Positions 39,300 through 53,470 of a DNA stretch of 64,000 bases are shown here, piece by piece. Position 1 is the first letter of the stretch, and every line of letters starts with the position of its first letter. The notes beneath the pieces were generated by a model, which saw only the letters and a program-made list of their open reading frames with translations, made no database searches and was not told where the DNA came from. This stretch comes from Glycera tridactyla (lineage: Eukaryota). A program made the position numbers and the translations under genes. The stretch lies in assembly GCA_965644265.1 (NCBI GenBank), contig OZ286467.1, positions 84,382,001-84,446,000 on the forward strand, read 5' to 3'.

Positions 39300-39900
39300 C
39301 CAGCTTCTGGACTTTCAAAAAAGGAGACATCGTGAGGCCTCAAACCGCCCTAAAACCGTTGCCATGGCAACAAATTCGGAAAAAATCAATTAGTTTGAGG
39401 TTGTTTTGACCCAGCGCAGGACCAATATAGATTGTAGACAATCACATTTGGTACCCAAACACTCGATTGATGCTGCTCTACATCACCTTACTGGCACAAT
39501 TTTTAGTTGGGTGTTAGAATTCAAGAGAATCTCATTTTTCTATCAATTTTGAGCTGGATTCTCACGTTTTCTGCAACTAAAATGAGTATTGTGAGAAATA
39601 TATTGCCTAACTAAAGATTGTGCCAATGCCCGATCATCCAGCCCTCATGGCTGCAGAAATTTATGCCAAATTAGGGAGAAATAATGCAGTGATGGTCCTG
39701 TAATAGGCCTCAATAGCCAAAATTGATCAGAATTCCCCATTACGTTGCCATGGCAACAGGTGAAAAACAACCGTAACCAACAAAATTCAAGATTGCTGAT
39801 TTAGAGACATATGTGCCCTCCAAGAAAATGTATGATGTTTCATATATCATATGGAAATTTGGGATACTTGTCACAGTTTGAGCAACCCTTTACTGACATT
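39300..39900. repeat. Probable non-autonomous insertion in the 3' region of the second Penelope-like element
   Basis: No counterpart in the first element. Contains two perfect GTTGCCATGGCAAC palindromes (39358-39371, 39744-39757). Boundaries are approximate. Confidence 0.4.
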
Positions 39901-42900
39901 TTAAGGGATCGGGTAAAAGTGCATTAATCACTTGAGAATTCTCCCACTGACCTAAAGTGAGTGGTTCCCCCAGTCTGGGTTGTACCCCATGGGATTGAGC
40001 ACCTCGGAGTATTTCATAGTTTCCCCATTGATTTTAATTTTCCCAGTTTCCCGATAAATACCTCTCATTTCTGCAGCCTATTTCGAAGGGAGTCCTATCC
40101 ATGGTGTTCAGTCCCAGAGGGAGCATGGCTTTAAGTCTGTGAATCCAGTTGAATTCAATCTGGAGTCTCAGTGTAACATATCTCTTCGGGAGGGCAAATA
40201 TAAAATCCAGAACATATATTTTCATATTTCTGGGTACTCGGGGGCCAATGATCGAAAATGTCTGCTTACATCCTCGACCAGATTTTTCTTACCAATGGGT
40301 CCTGAATGTGCTCCTAATCTTAGGTTGAAGCTGTTGCCTGTCTGGCCCACATATTGTTTGAAGCAAACAATACATGTGATGCAGTAGTTGAGATTACTGC
40401 TCTGACATGTAATGCTCCTTTGGGCCTCATATTCTCTGCCAGTGGTCGTGCTGCTAATTCTACCAGATTCATCTAAAAGGGCGCAGAACTTGCATTTGAT
40501 GTCGTAACACTTTTTGGAGTGTTTGCTACATGGATGGCGGCCCTTCTCTGGACAGATTTTGGGAATTTGGGCTTGCACTAATAAATCCCTCAGGTTGGGT
40601 GCCCTCCTATTCCAAAAAATAAATCTGGTTTCGGCTAATAATCTTCACCAGATCCCAGACTTTCTGATCAAATTTGTGAAGTTGACTGTGTCCAGATTTA
40701 AAGTTGTGATAAGGAAGATGGACTTCCTGGTGGTGTCCTCATTAACTGTGTCGTAACTTTTCAACCTCTGCTCATTCAAAAGATCTAATTGATCTTTGTG
40801 GGATGTTTTTAGAAATGTTTCCTTTAGAATCTTGATCCGAAAGGTTGCATGTTTGATGAAATCTGCATCTCTGCTGCAAATTCGTCATGAGTAAGAATTA
40901 TGACTCCGGATTTATGTAACATATGTATCTTCTGGGTATACATACTTTACCCATAGAGTAGACTTGTAGACAGACAATAGCCACGTTATCATAGAGTAAT
41001 AAGACAAGAGGCCCAGCTCCGCTCCAAAAGTGAAACATTCTTCCTACATCATCTTTTCCTTCATTAGTTCAGTCTCTCCAAGAATTGATCATCCACTCTC
41101 CTAGTTCACAAATTTGTTGAGGCTGTCAATTTCCCACCCTTTCTTTGTTTATATTCTGCCATGTCCTAATATATCTAACATATGTAGCTAAAAAGTGTGA
41201 TATTCTGACAGTTGTATTGATGCCTACATGCGCCGCTGGAAAATATTATACCAATATCAGTCACATGTCGAATCTTTGGTATAGAAACATTCCTGTAATG
41301 TGAATATGGTCAGCAAAAAATCACACCAGCGGATCGATAACAGCAATGCATCCTTCAGTTGAAAATAAATCCGCTATTGTAATTAGTATTGTCAATATGA
41401 TGTAACACCAAAGTCTGTGTATTTCATCTTGCTGTTGTGAACAAGGTTATTGAATTATTGACAGACCACTGGCAGATTCGAGGACGTTTCCTATTTTTAG
41501 TTTGGTAATCATGCACCTCATGTTCTAAAACCGATGTATTTATGTATAAGCCACGTTGATCAATTCCGTATTGAGAGCGTGATGAGGTCGATGGTCAGTC
41601 AGTCCGACATGCAACTTCCCAACTCAATCATAGGAAATAGTTTTTCATCGAATGTCATCTAAGCTTTCTTCGAGAAGGGCACCTTGGACAGATACTCTAT
41701 CTACAATTGTATATCATCACCGCCTCAAAAAAGGTCCATTTGGTTTTCTGCTTCTGGAGAAGATCTTATCCACTTGAGACTCAGAATTTATGAAAGTTCA
41801 GTTGACTGCTTTCTTTATTGTGTATACAGCAAAACCAAAGAGGACGAGGTCAACACTAGATTTGACTAAATCTCCTTGAACAAGAGCGAGAAATATGTCT
41901 GTGAATAGATACCTGATGCTGATGTTATCAAGATTGACAGTGGCTGGTAAGACTCAGAGGTGGGTGTCTGTTGATCAGCTGGGGCCCCTTGGGGGCACTC
42001 TGATGCTTTAGGCAGACGATCTCGGAGATAAGGGGGGGGGGGGGGCTATGATCAAGGTGGGTGCATTTTGTTGAGTGACAAAGGGAGATTTTAGCGGAGG
42101 CTGTTGTGTTTGTTTGGAGGGGACCACCCTTCCATTGACTTTTCTTTCAGGTGACTTCACTTTAGAGATGTGTGCATCTATCGGTTCTTCATCAGAAGAA
42201 AGTCGTGAGAATTTTTGGGAATTCACCATCTTGCGATCATCTTCTGCTTTATTTGGGGGTGTCCATGTTTCATTCCAGGTCTGAATTTCCCTTGACCTGT
42301 GAACTAAGGTTTGTTCCCAGTTTCTTGGCTCTTATCCACCGTTGAAGGTTTTGTCACAACTGGTGAAGTTGAAGTTGTCTGAGCATATGTCTTTACCTCT
42401 TCTTGTGTTGACTATTGCTCTCATCTGGCATGCTTGATTTCAGCATGTTTGTCATTCGATCTTTCAGCAGTTGGAGTTGCTCCACCATATCCTTTAGTTG
42501 ATGTCGAGGTGAACTGCATTTTTTCGCTCTTCTGGAAAAGTCCAAGCACTATTTCTTTTCAATTCAACCATAGCCTGTGAAAGTCATCAACCAGCTCACT
42601 GGTCAGATGAATCGCCATCATTATGTTACATGTTGGATGTACAAAATAATCATGTATTGACATGCCATTCTAAAGATTGGGTGCTTTGTAATATCGCTGT
42701 ACAATAATATTCTTGGAATTAGGATGGAATGTGAAAACTAACCCCCGACCTCAACTCTCGCTACAATTCTCCCAGATTCCCCGCTAGAAAAGCCCAATTT
42801 CTTAGCAATCGTGTGTACCTATGTATGTAAGGAAACAATATGAAGATTTCTGATCGAATCTCAATAATTGTCTCAGCCAGGAATGTATCATCGCTAGTGG

Positions 42901-43794
42901 CAATTTGCCAGTCGTAGCAACGGACATGTATTGATGGTATTCTATCACTGGAATATGTGATCACCTGAAATGGCAAACTCAACTTTCAATGACTGAGTCT
43001 GGCATTGTCCTAGCCTTACCGAGTTGAATGTCACACATGTATTCAGAAAAGTTCAGCATTTGTCCAAGTCTGTGCATATTTCAACGACCGGGCCAGACTA
43101 TAAAAGCAGCTAATGGCAGACTCGAAAATATCTACATCCTGTCAGTTGGACCCTTCAAACATGATTCAATTCTGGTCACATTGTCCACATTTTATGAATG
43201 AAGAACCAATCATCATTTATCCACATTCAACACAGTACTAGCTCTTAGTGTCAGGGATTCAGACTTGTTTCCATATAGTGATGAGGTTATGTCATCTTCA
43301 AATTATCAGTGTTTTAGATTGGAAGAAGTTGGAAAATTTGTATGGTACCACTTATTTTGATTGAGAAGTAGCCAGTCCCATTCTGTGTTTATAAACAAGT
43401 CCATATGGGCAGATGAAAATAGTATCTCTCTGATGGACTTCATTGTGTAACCACAGCTACCAATTCCAGCACTGGGAAGCAATGGGGACTGAAATAAATG
43501 ATCCCACTAATATAGAAAATAACAAATTTCAATTTCACCAACCTTGATTTTTTTTGTTATTTTTGTTACATTCCTGTGATTCCAGTGTATGTCCAAAACT
43601 ATAATCTCTGAAGCAAGAATGCTAATTCCTGCTAATTTCATGATGTAGTGAGGTAATAATACTGGATAATAGCACTTTATCACTCGGATCTTTGTCAGAT
43701 TCCACCAGGTCCGTATTCCAGGGTATCTAATCAGCAAATGTGAGAGACTACCCACTCCCACCAAAATATTGTCCTCACTGACCTATACCCCTGT

Positions 43795-46510
43795 TAGTCC
43801 AGTGGCAGATGGGTGGAAGCTTGCAGTGTCTGGTAACAATCATTTCTCTGCATTCTCGAGTACTCTAGACCATGTAGTTCAAGAATCCATTAGGTGTAAT
43901 GATTACCCCGGCGGCCAAATCACATTATTAGTTATAACTTTTGAACCATACCACAGAGAATCATCATTTTTGTGTCTAGGATAAGATTTTTAGGGTCAAA
44001 GGATTTATTTCTGGTGTTCAAATGATCATTCAACCACCCCACATTGTTAAATCTGAGAAGGCAGCTAATATGGTGACCAAAATTAGGAAAAGGTTCATAG
44101 AACTTTAGAAGTTTCCATACCGTTTTCTCCCTAATTAGCGCCCGGGGCGCTTACTTATTGAGAAAGGGGGGTACTTATTTGTTCAAGATATGAAAAATCA
44201 CCGATGGGAGATAATTGGTACTTTGGCGAACACAACGCCGGTAACCGGCAATCCCGCGTTTGCTGCGATGAATAACCAAGAAATATCGAACTCACAGTAA
44301 AAATGATCGCGCTAATGAATTCCTAGGTATAAAATCGTGTGGTATCCATGCATAAATCTCGCAAATCCATTGAATATTCGCCAAAAACAGTGGAGATGTT
44401 AAGTGCGGGAAATTCAAACATCCATGGCGGCGACTTCTCTCCCGCGGGAGGGGGCGCTTATGAGGGAGGATATGGTATATCAATTTTGTATATACATATC
44501 AAACAGTCTCTTGTTGAGCAGCAGTTCCTTCATGGGGAGAAGATTCTCCATCACATGAACTGTGGAATGGGATACCATCAGATCAGTTCATCAAAACAAC
44601 ATAGATGAAGCAAGGAAAGGGTCCGAGCATAGTCAAGCAAAACCCAGAGACAGTGGCAACATGGTCCTACAGCCAACATGATTGGGGACCTACAAATGAT
44701 GACTGATGGAGACAGCATGCCAAAACCGAAGCACAGAGAAGAGACAAGTGGGCAGATCAATATAGACACACAGGATCGTGAGTCTCTATGTCACACACTG
44801 TCAGAGAGTATCGACCCAATGGAGTCTGACAGCCATCCTGATGGTACTTTGATAAACATCTTCACTGGTGCCATAACACCTGCAAATGTAAACATTGGAG
44901 AAGCAGTGTCCAAAGGCCAGGGACAACTTGAAACTTTTGTTTCTTCATGGCCAGAAGGTATCTATGAAACTTTCAAATGGCAGGTTATCGGTCACCTTTT
45001 CTGACAAGAGGAATGACATCAAAGTTGGCAATATATCAGTAAATGACCAGAAGCCAATCTGTGCAAGAGTGATTGGGCTGATGGAGAGTGCCAGTTGGAC
45101 CAGAATGATGTGCTTGGTTATGAACTAGCAGCATACCCTCCATCCATGTTTCACCCAAATGGAACATGCAGATGGCCAGTGGTAAAACATGTCTGAGAAC
45201 AATCTTGCAGATGAAACATCTGCCAGGGTATGGGGACAACCTTCTGTCTTGTGGTTGATGTTTCTGCTTTGTCAACAAATTCAAGATATGGGTCGCAAAC
45301 AGACTCAACGGTGCCGACATTCCTCTGATAAGGACAGTAGCAAAGTAGCTTGTGCAGGCAAGATCACCCATACCGAAGTTCACAAACTGAGTGCGAAAAC
45401 TCCCCTTTCAACACGAGATGCAGGATTGAAATGTGTAGCCAACAAGGTACAGCTGAACCACCTCATATTGGAGCTCATAATAAATGACCAAAAATTCCTT
45501 GACAATGCAACATCAGACTACCACCCATTCATTACAGGAGTTGAGCCAGTGCCAACTGTGGTGCATAGGGAGAGAAAGAGAGCAGAGCTTCAGTTATACG
45601 CAACTCATGAGGATGCAGACATAAGACTCATCATGCATGCCCTCTGGACCTGTGAAACTGGGGATGCTTGTGTCTGTGTCATCTCAGATGGAGCAGATGC
45701 GTTCACACTACTCTGCTACCACTACCATAATTCTGGTTTCTCAGCTCTTTTGATGACGAAACAATCGGTCCATGGTAGGCTTTGTGTTGATATCCCTGCA
45801 ACAATCAAGATGTACCCTACTCTCATCCCACAAATCCTGGCGATACATGCGATCAGTGGCTGCGATACGGTAGCAGCTTGTTATCATATTGGCAAGTCAA
45901 AAGCAGTTGCCACATTGAACAAGGGATTTGTCCGGGACTCTCTTGATGTGATTAATGCCCCTTGGAATGATGTGGAAAAGGATGGGCAACTAAGTTCATG
46001 GTTCCTGCATATGGTGGATTAGGTGTGACCATGAGTGAGTGGGCACAAATTACAGCTAAGTCATCTGGTGCACCAACACTGTTTGCTGGCAGCGACCACA
46101 GAAGCATTCATGGAGAACATGATACAAGCACACTCTCAAATTGCGCAGTGGTATGCTGCACTGGACTCAGATCTCCAACCACTCGATCCAAGCGACTATG
46201 CCTGGGAAGTAGATGATATCAACAAGTCACTCTCTGCAACTACTGTGGTAGAAGGCACCAGATTACATGCTCAAGCTAATTCTGATCATGCAAGAGGGGG
46301 AACTGTGGGTGCACAGGTCACCAATTCCCATGTACTATAATTTGTGCCTGTCGGGGAGGGCCGTCATGTTTCATGTTTGAACACATTCACTAATACCATG
46401 CCAACTGATGATGATGATGATGAAGTAGGTGGTGTACATGAGGGGGTTTAAGGAAGTCCACGTTATGATCCAGTGGCAGCACCACCTAACCCTGCAGCAT
46501 CTGGTAATAA
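43795..46510 (+). mobile_element. Internally deleted Academ(X)-like DNA transposon: 5' terminal repeat + C-terminal transposase/XPG-like nuclease/Cys cluster
   Basis: Starts TAGTCCAGTGGCA. Broken frames give ATHEDADIRLIMHA, HAISGCDTVAACYHIGKSKA (XPG/FEN1-type), TTEAFMENMIQAHSQIAQW and a terminal Cys cluster (~46300-46380). The superfamily assignment comes from recalled Academ features (TAG termini, XPG domain, Cys8 finger). Confidence 0.7.
44120..44475. mobile_element. Tc1/mariner/pogo-type MITE nested in the Academ-like element
   Basis: Imperfect TIRs CCGTTTTCTCCCTAATTAGCGCCC and (reverse complement) CCATATCCTCCCTCATAAGCGCCC, flanked by TA at 44118-44119 and 44476-44477. Confidence 0.75.
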
Positions 46511-47881
46511 TCTGGTTCTCTAACAGTGATAGTGTTAACACAAAAACTTGCATATTAATGCAATTTTATTGGCAGGGATGCAAAAATAACCTCACGCTTC
46601 CATCCTAGGGATGCAACTATCATGCCACTGAGGAAGGTAGGAATACAAGTCAGGGGAAACAGGTTGCAGATTGTCATATCCATATCGACGTGCAATCAAC
46701 ATGAGGTCTAGGACAACTCAGCTGAAATAGAAATGTCATCGACTACCTGCTATGGTCAGTCAATAATTCAGTTATTTGGTCCACAGCATCCAGGTTAAGC
46801 CAATACACACAAACTGTGATGCTACAGTATATTGACATTATGATGCTATGCTAATAGATGCAATGTTTGTTTTTTGGCCAAACAATACTTTGTTGTGATC
46901 GATTCGGCTGGTATAATCATTTGATGGCATTATTCACGTCACAGAAACGTCTGCAAACGTGTGCAAAAATTACTCGCCTCATTGTGAAGATGCTACATTT
47001 TCTCACAGGTTTGACTCCCATATCAGCAGTGATATATATTCCATTCAATTAAGATCAAATCTCGATCCAAAACGATCGAAACATCTTAGGAAACAAACAT
47101 TTAGCTAACTTAGGCCATCACTCAGTTACGATTAGCTTGCCACTGACTTATAGCATAGCCGACAGAACTGTGGATATGATCACTGGAGATTCTCACGCAT
47201 CAATTTCATTGGTGCTGTGCTCACTCATCACGATGCAAACGATAGCCTGCAATTACCATCTCACAAGAGCTATAAATGCACATTCCCTGTTCACGAAACG
47301 AGGATGCTCAATGCATCCATGTACCAGATCGTGATTGTGGTTATTTTGAGAGATTTTCCTTCAGTTTGTTCGAGGTTTAACGGCATGTATAAACTCAGAG
47401 GATTATGTATACTGTGTGTCCCTAGTCGATGGAAGCTGAATTTTCCACTCCTACAGGCTTCACTTGCACAAACCCTGAGCACAAGATGATGGGGACCTTG
47501 AAGGTTGCCAGGTGGGAGTAGCTGAGAATTCATAATGACAGGGTCCTCTTAGTGTTGTGCATCTATTTCTTTCCTCTTCAACTCAAAATCAAGAGAAATA
47601 TATGTATACCTCATGCTCATAATTTCCATACAAATATGTTTCCAACTCGACTCATTCTAATCACAGTGCACATGGTTAAATGCAATGCCCAGTCAATGTC
47701 AGGGTCGATTTGAGTGTCCCTCCAGTCCCGTCCCTTGCAAGGTAATTGAAATTGTGCCCCATGACAAGACGTCTGTAATGCCGAAATAAATATGCCATGA
47801 ATCTGGAAGCATTCCATACCTATATCATGGAGTTCAGTCCTACGAAATGGCCTATCAGTTACATGAGTACATAGTGATAAT

Positions 47882-48117
47882 TTAGTAAGCTTGACATAGG
47901 GATTGACAGTGTGTAGTTAGAGCATAATCATTCCATCCATAGGAAGGATCGCCGGTTGAGCGAATGGCCATACCAAAGTGGTTAAGTTCCATATCTGGAT
48001 CGCCAGCTTCCCATCGGTCATCAATTGGTACCACACCACCAATCTCCTGCCAGTGGAAGTCCTGGTGAAGTCCTGCTCGGCGAGCTCCTGTCCACATTCG
48101 ATAGAAATCCGCTGTGC
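47882..48117 (-). CDS. Lectin gene B, coding exon 3 (CTLD C-terminal half, stop codon)
   Basis: CTTGCAG acceptor. Encodes MWTGARR...RWEAGDPD...GWND...CQSLCQAY*. The 3' flank is also homologous to that of gene A. Confidence 0.92.
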
Positions 48118-49537
48118 CTGCAAGCAGAAAAGATACAGGACTTCTGTCAGAAGTGCACTGGAATCTAATAACGATGTTGGAGATTGATGTCATATCGTCC
48201 TGTCTGATAACATTCCCTAATACATGATTCATCAATCTTGAAGGATTGGGATGATGGTTGCCTATAGAATATGTAATCCAATTGTAAGAGCAATTCCTCC
48301 AATGTCTAGCTAGCTGGTTTCACATCGGTTTCCCTTGAGTACATCGTACTATAAAAATTGAAACGAGTGTGCGATCTAATGATGCAATGTCATGAACAGA
48401 GTACCAGTTGTCATTGGATGATGATGGGATATTGATATGTAAGAGCATATTTTGGGTGATATTGGAGACTATCTGCTGGAGATCATCTGAGCCATGATAT
48501 GTCACTCATGCTAGAATTCAGTCTGGATCAGAGACGCGCTCTCAAGGTGCCCCTGCCACCCGCCCCCCGATACCAGCTCGAGTGTCACATACGCATGTCG
48601 TTCTGTTTTTATCATATTATATGATCATTTAAACATTGAATAAGCGTTTAAGTAGTGAAATATATCAATTTTGAAATTTAATAGCATCTCGAACCTATGC
48701 CTACCGGTGTTGTTTACGTCCTTTTTTCTGATTCCGCCGACGACGGCGATGACGCATGCGCAGATAGCTAGGATGGAATCTGAATCCGTATCACCTGCCC
48801 CTGTGATACGGATATCTTTATCACATAGCCCTAAAAAGGCCACTTTTTCGCCAATATCACTCTTAGCCATCATATCATGCGATAAAAGGACGCCCTTCTC
48901 GACTGGTTGAACAAGGTGTGCATCAGATTCGTGAGAATGATGATTTTACAGATGGGAATAATCGACGCCATCTAGAGAGAGAAGGTTCTGAGAAGGCGAG
49001 CCCATCAAGAGGTGCTTTTCACAAAATGCAGTTGAGAATTGAGAATTGAGAATATATATTTGACTCTGGCATGGGAGGCCATGAAGACCATTTCTTCCCG
49101 GTAATCCGAACTTGGGTGGGCAAAATACATTGTGAATAAAGTGCAACTTTGTGTTCACTGTACCAATATAGTACGAATACCATACTAACAAACAAACCCA
49201 CTAGGAATTGATAAAAATCTCACATTGAGTTTTCAAAGTCAACACACCAGTCAAGACCGGTCTTTTAAATATTGAACCACGTTGCCTCACCTTTGTAGTG
49301 ATCTTGATTTTTTTCAGAAATTTTGTTCAAATGAATGTGTGGTGGGTTTTTGCACCACTATATCTATAATCAAGACATTGCATTCACAAGTCAGAGGAAA
49401 TCGGTTTTGAGGTGATTGAAATATGTGAGTATCTGACCTGGGAAGAAATAGATGTACTTCCGAGGTGGATACTACACTCCCAAAATGTCCAACAGTGTCC
49501 AAAAACGTCCAATAGTGAACTGATTCAAACAACTCAC

Positions 49538-49723
49538 CGAATGTTTCAATCAGCATAGCTGTAACTGCATCAGATTCATCTCTGGTTTCGAAGCAGACAA
49601 GATAAGCATTCATCATATCACAGTTGGCCTGTGCAGCATCCCAGCCCAGGGTGTCCATCACAGCTTTGTAGCATCCATGACCAGGTACAGACAGCCAACC
49701 TGCCTCACATGATGCATAACCAG
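49538..49723 (-). CDS. Lectin gene B, coding exon 2 (CTLD N-terminal half)
   Basis: TTCCAG acceptor and G|GTGAG donor; 186 nt. Translates AGYASCEAGWLSVPGHGCYKAVMDTLGWDAAQANCDMMNAYLVCFETRDESDAVTAMLIETF. Confidence 0.92.
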
Positions 49724-50579
49724 CTGGAATTGAACCATAATATTCTCCAGTAGGACAGATCAATATTGAGTCATCTCAAAATGCATTGTATGATCATTGA
49801 TTGCTACACATTCACACTGGTATCAGTGATGAAGCAAAACCTCTCGAATGGATCTTTCTCACATTGGTGACGACACTGTTAGGAGTCACTCTATATGAAG
49901 ATATTCTCTTGTGATGACCTGATCATTACACCGGTTACATTTTTAATGGGCAACATTGTGCGCTGATGCTGTTCTATACCATGATTGTCAGTCACATTTC
50001 TAATGTCGGCACATTACTTTGATGGCTACGTCGACATGGTTACTGAATACAGACAACATTTCGGCATGGTCTGACTATATGTGCATTTCTACACAGACCC
50101 TGGACTTTGAAAATCAGTGGTAAACATTAAACGAAAGCAGGTAGCGATTTCGATGATAATTTGACATTCCTGATCGAGTTTGATGAGGAAGTTCTGTCAA
50201 ACATTGGCATTCGGACATTCTGTATCGTGCAGATGATGATGAGTTAAATTTGTATTTTTCACTTAGTTTATGAAAAAAACACTTCATAACACAGCAGTTT
50301 GAGTCATGCAGATGATCTAATTGCTGAAATATTCTACTCAGTGAATTTGTCATCCACTACACGACAAGACGAGACTGTGAAGTTTTATTATTTCTCTGAT
50401 TCGTAAATCAAGTTTGCATTGGGATCGTTATATGATATTCCAGAATAGTATGAAGTGATTCTGAGTGTCTGACAATCTATTTAGACTTCACAACCGCTGC
50501 AGCAATCAGTTATGGCAGAATATAATATCTGCAACTCAGAGTGAGCAGGCGGAGAAGCAGCAGTGTCTGGGATACTCAC

Positions 50580-50895
50580 CAGATGCATAGACACTTTCAG
50601 TTGGACTGGTGGTGGGTGTCTGAGATGCTAGTTGAGCAGTCGATCCCCTCCAACAGACATTACATGAATCAGTCGAAGAGAATGCCACACAGCCGTGTTC
50701 AGCGAAACAAAATAATGCACAATCCAGCTGACTGATTGGTACATCACCCATCTCGAGGCATCCCACAATACCCAAATTGGTGCTGGGTTCGATATTGTAG
50801 TACTTGTTGTGCGCATCCACATAACCACATATTAAGGCGAACAAACATATGTGCCACAGTTTGGGATGGTCATCCAGATATGTGGCCGCCAGCAT
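50580..50895 (-). CDS. Lectin gene B, coding exon 1 (signal peptide + PAN-like domain)
   Basis: CAACC-ATG start, signal LWHICLFALICGYVDA, same six-Cys pattern as gene A, donor G|GTGAGT. The exons sum to 738 nt (245 aa). Confidence 0.9.
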
Positions 50896-52390
50896 GGTTG
50901 ATTGACCAGATCAGCTGTTGTTCTCGGTATTTGTGAGTCAAGTATATGGTATCGTCTGGAAGGGAAACACAGTCTCTTGCAAAACCAAACCCCATCCTCA
51001 TGAATAACTCACTTATATTTCCACTTTCTACTTGGGACTGCGGAGCTGGATTCATGAATCATTCAAATCAGGACTATTGTGTGAGGCATCTCCGGATAGC
51101 CCAGTACATGCTAGTGACAGTACACAACATGTTGTCGAACCAGATGTGGTACATCCTGCTACGGATATGGTGCAAAACAGATGAGCAATCGAATGAATAC
51201 TTTTTACATTGACTACTTGGTGGGTGTTTGATCACTAGACACCTTGCTCGCCATGCCACCTGCTAGCGTTGCTCACCAACCCTGTCTCGAGAGACTTTTA
51301 CCCGGTCAGGACTATTCACCTATCTCACTATTGAGCATCTTCTGATACAACAAATCTCATACAATATCTACTCTGCATTCCAACTGGATGAAGCATATGT
51401 TGTCTAATCAGATAGGGAAACCAGGGACAAGCGGAAGATCCATCATATAGGTGTACGTCTATATACGAGTCAGAAATGAGTCAGCCATGACATCACAAGT
51501 GAACTGATATTCCCATCCATTTTGTTGGCAAAATGACGTCATATTGCCGAGGTAGACCTGACGCCTGTGGTTCACAAGGCATCATCATCATCAGCTCCAA
51601 TTGATCTGCAGTGAAATATAAGGATGAAAATGATCTCACCTCAGGGAAGTTGGGAACAAAAGAAGAGGGCCACCCTCTTCTCGCTCTCTATTTCTCCGTG
51701 TTTCTGCCCCCGTCCTCTCTCGTTATCTCTTTCTCTAGTGCAGGAAAACGCTCATCCTGGTGAGGGAGGAATCAGAAGCAGTCCTGTGGCCAATGATCCA
51801 TATCATATAAACCTGGTCACCGATGTTTCTAGTGTAGCCACGGCTGAGAGAGGTTCAGCTTCACTGACTCTACAATGATGCTACAAATACACCGGTAACG
51901 CATACATAGCTGAGCACACAGACATAAGCGTGAATTATTCAAGGGATTTGACTCCTCTTGCGTGTCCCGCCATGCGATGTGTTAAAATGGTGAAGTAGTG
52001 GCAGAACTGATGGTGGAAAAAGTATTCTACCACTTTTATCGATACATCTTGCGTGAAATACTTCCTAATTATCTCCAGCCTCTGCCTCTGCCAACCCTGA
52101 TTACAACATCGTTAGGCTGTCGTTTCCATACAGATGTCTCACCCTAGTAGGTTTTGTATTCGTACACCCTCAATCATTACTCATGCAATGGATGAATTGC
52201 CCACACATGAAATCTTGGTGGTAAAACAGCAAGAAACCATGGAGATTGGGCTGATCAGGATGTGGTTGGCTTGCTACATGGATCAATCGTTCAGATCAAC
52301 CCACATGGAATCCCAACATCGACAAAGTTATGATAGAATGGGAGCACGTCAGATTTACACTTTCACCAACTGAGACTTCAGGGCATATCT

Positions 52391-52801
52391 CAAGAATGCA
52401 TTATTGAATCTGATTATCAACATGCCAACATCAAGAATGCATTATTGAATCTGATTATCAACATGCCAACACCAAGAATGCATTATTGAATCTGATTATC
52501 AACATGCCAACATCAAGAATGCATTATTGAATCTGATTATCAACATGCCAACACCAAGAATGCATTATTGAATCTGATTATCAACATGCCAACATCAAGA
52601 ATGCATTATTGAATCTGATTATCAACATGCCAACATCAAGAATGCATTATTGAATCTGATTATCAACATGCCAACATCAAGAATGCATTATTGAATCTGA
52701 TTATCAACATGCCAACATCAAGAATGCATTATTGGATTTGATTATCAACATGCCAACATCAAGAATGCATTATTGGATTTGATTATCAACATGCCAACAT
52801 C
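52391..52801. repeat. Minisatellite, 41-bp unit (CAAGAATGCATTATTGAATCTGATTATCAACATGCCAACAT), ~10 copies
   Basis: Near-perfect head-to-tail units with no spacers. Confidence 0.97.
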
Positions 52802-53470
52802 GTCGGAAATGCATTCTTGATGGGAGACCCACATGCATGAAAAACATAGTATGGTCAATTCTGTTCACCCACGACCACACTGAGAATATCAGAAACTCAT
52901 CTTTTTATGGTCTCTATAGGCAGCTAGGTTCGATAGAAAGGTTCTTTTTTGAGGATCGTGATGTCGGCCAGGTGAGTCTGAGCTCCGATTATTTAATCGA
53001 TAATCACTTGATACAGGTTCTGACAGACCGTTCGTCACTTCTGCGACCAAGTCTGAGCACTAACATACACACAGACACATACACTCACACACACCCACAC
53101 ACACACACACACACACTTCCTAATTTCTGTCCGTATTTGAATTGGCATGAAAATGACATTTCAAGATTAGAAAGAATGGATCTGGAGAGGTATCAGTCAA
53201 AGCGGAAGTCATTAATTTTATCTTGTATGCATGGGGGGCATTTTAAGGAATAATGGCATGGAACTTTGGAGAGAGGGGAGGGGGGGGGGGGAGATTACAT
53301 CAGTAATCTGATGGATGTGATAATTCTCCAAAATATTGCAGTGGAGATAAGAGATGGAGTCATATTTTGTTATGGTGAGTATACATCAGGGTGGTGTTTT
53401 TCGATGGCCCTCTACTCCCCAGCCCTGCTTAAACCTACACACATATCAAGATCAAGTTCTATGAATCAGT

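Larger units (their letters stand above)
38532..40900 (-). mobile_element. 5'-truncated, decayed Penelope-like element related to the copy at 33050-36055
   Basis: 40222-40578 encodes HPCSKHSKKCYDIKCKFC...CITCIVCFKQYVGQTG, and 40034-40225 encodes EFNWIHRLKAMLPLGLN. The 3' region is homologous to the first copy (CCACTAGATGGC; ACTGG.GGAACCA). Confidence 0.88.

Noticed and set aside
41900-42985. Minus-strand Ser/Pro-rich frame (42008-42229) and a C2-domain-like phrase (IHVRCYDWQIATSDDTFLAETIIEI, 42761-42982)
   Set aside because: Flanking frames are broken by stops and I could not assemble a consistent exon chain. It may be a decayed gene or TE ORF; a tBLASTn/HHpred search is needed before any call.
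43030-43340. Short matches to lectin-gene intron and 3' flank sequence, suggesting a fourth paralogue remnant
   Set aside because: The two matches imply opposite orientations and no exon homology is present, so they are likely chance or a shared repeat.
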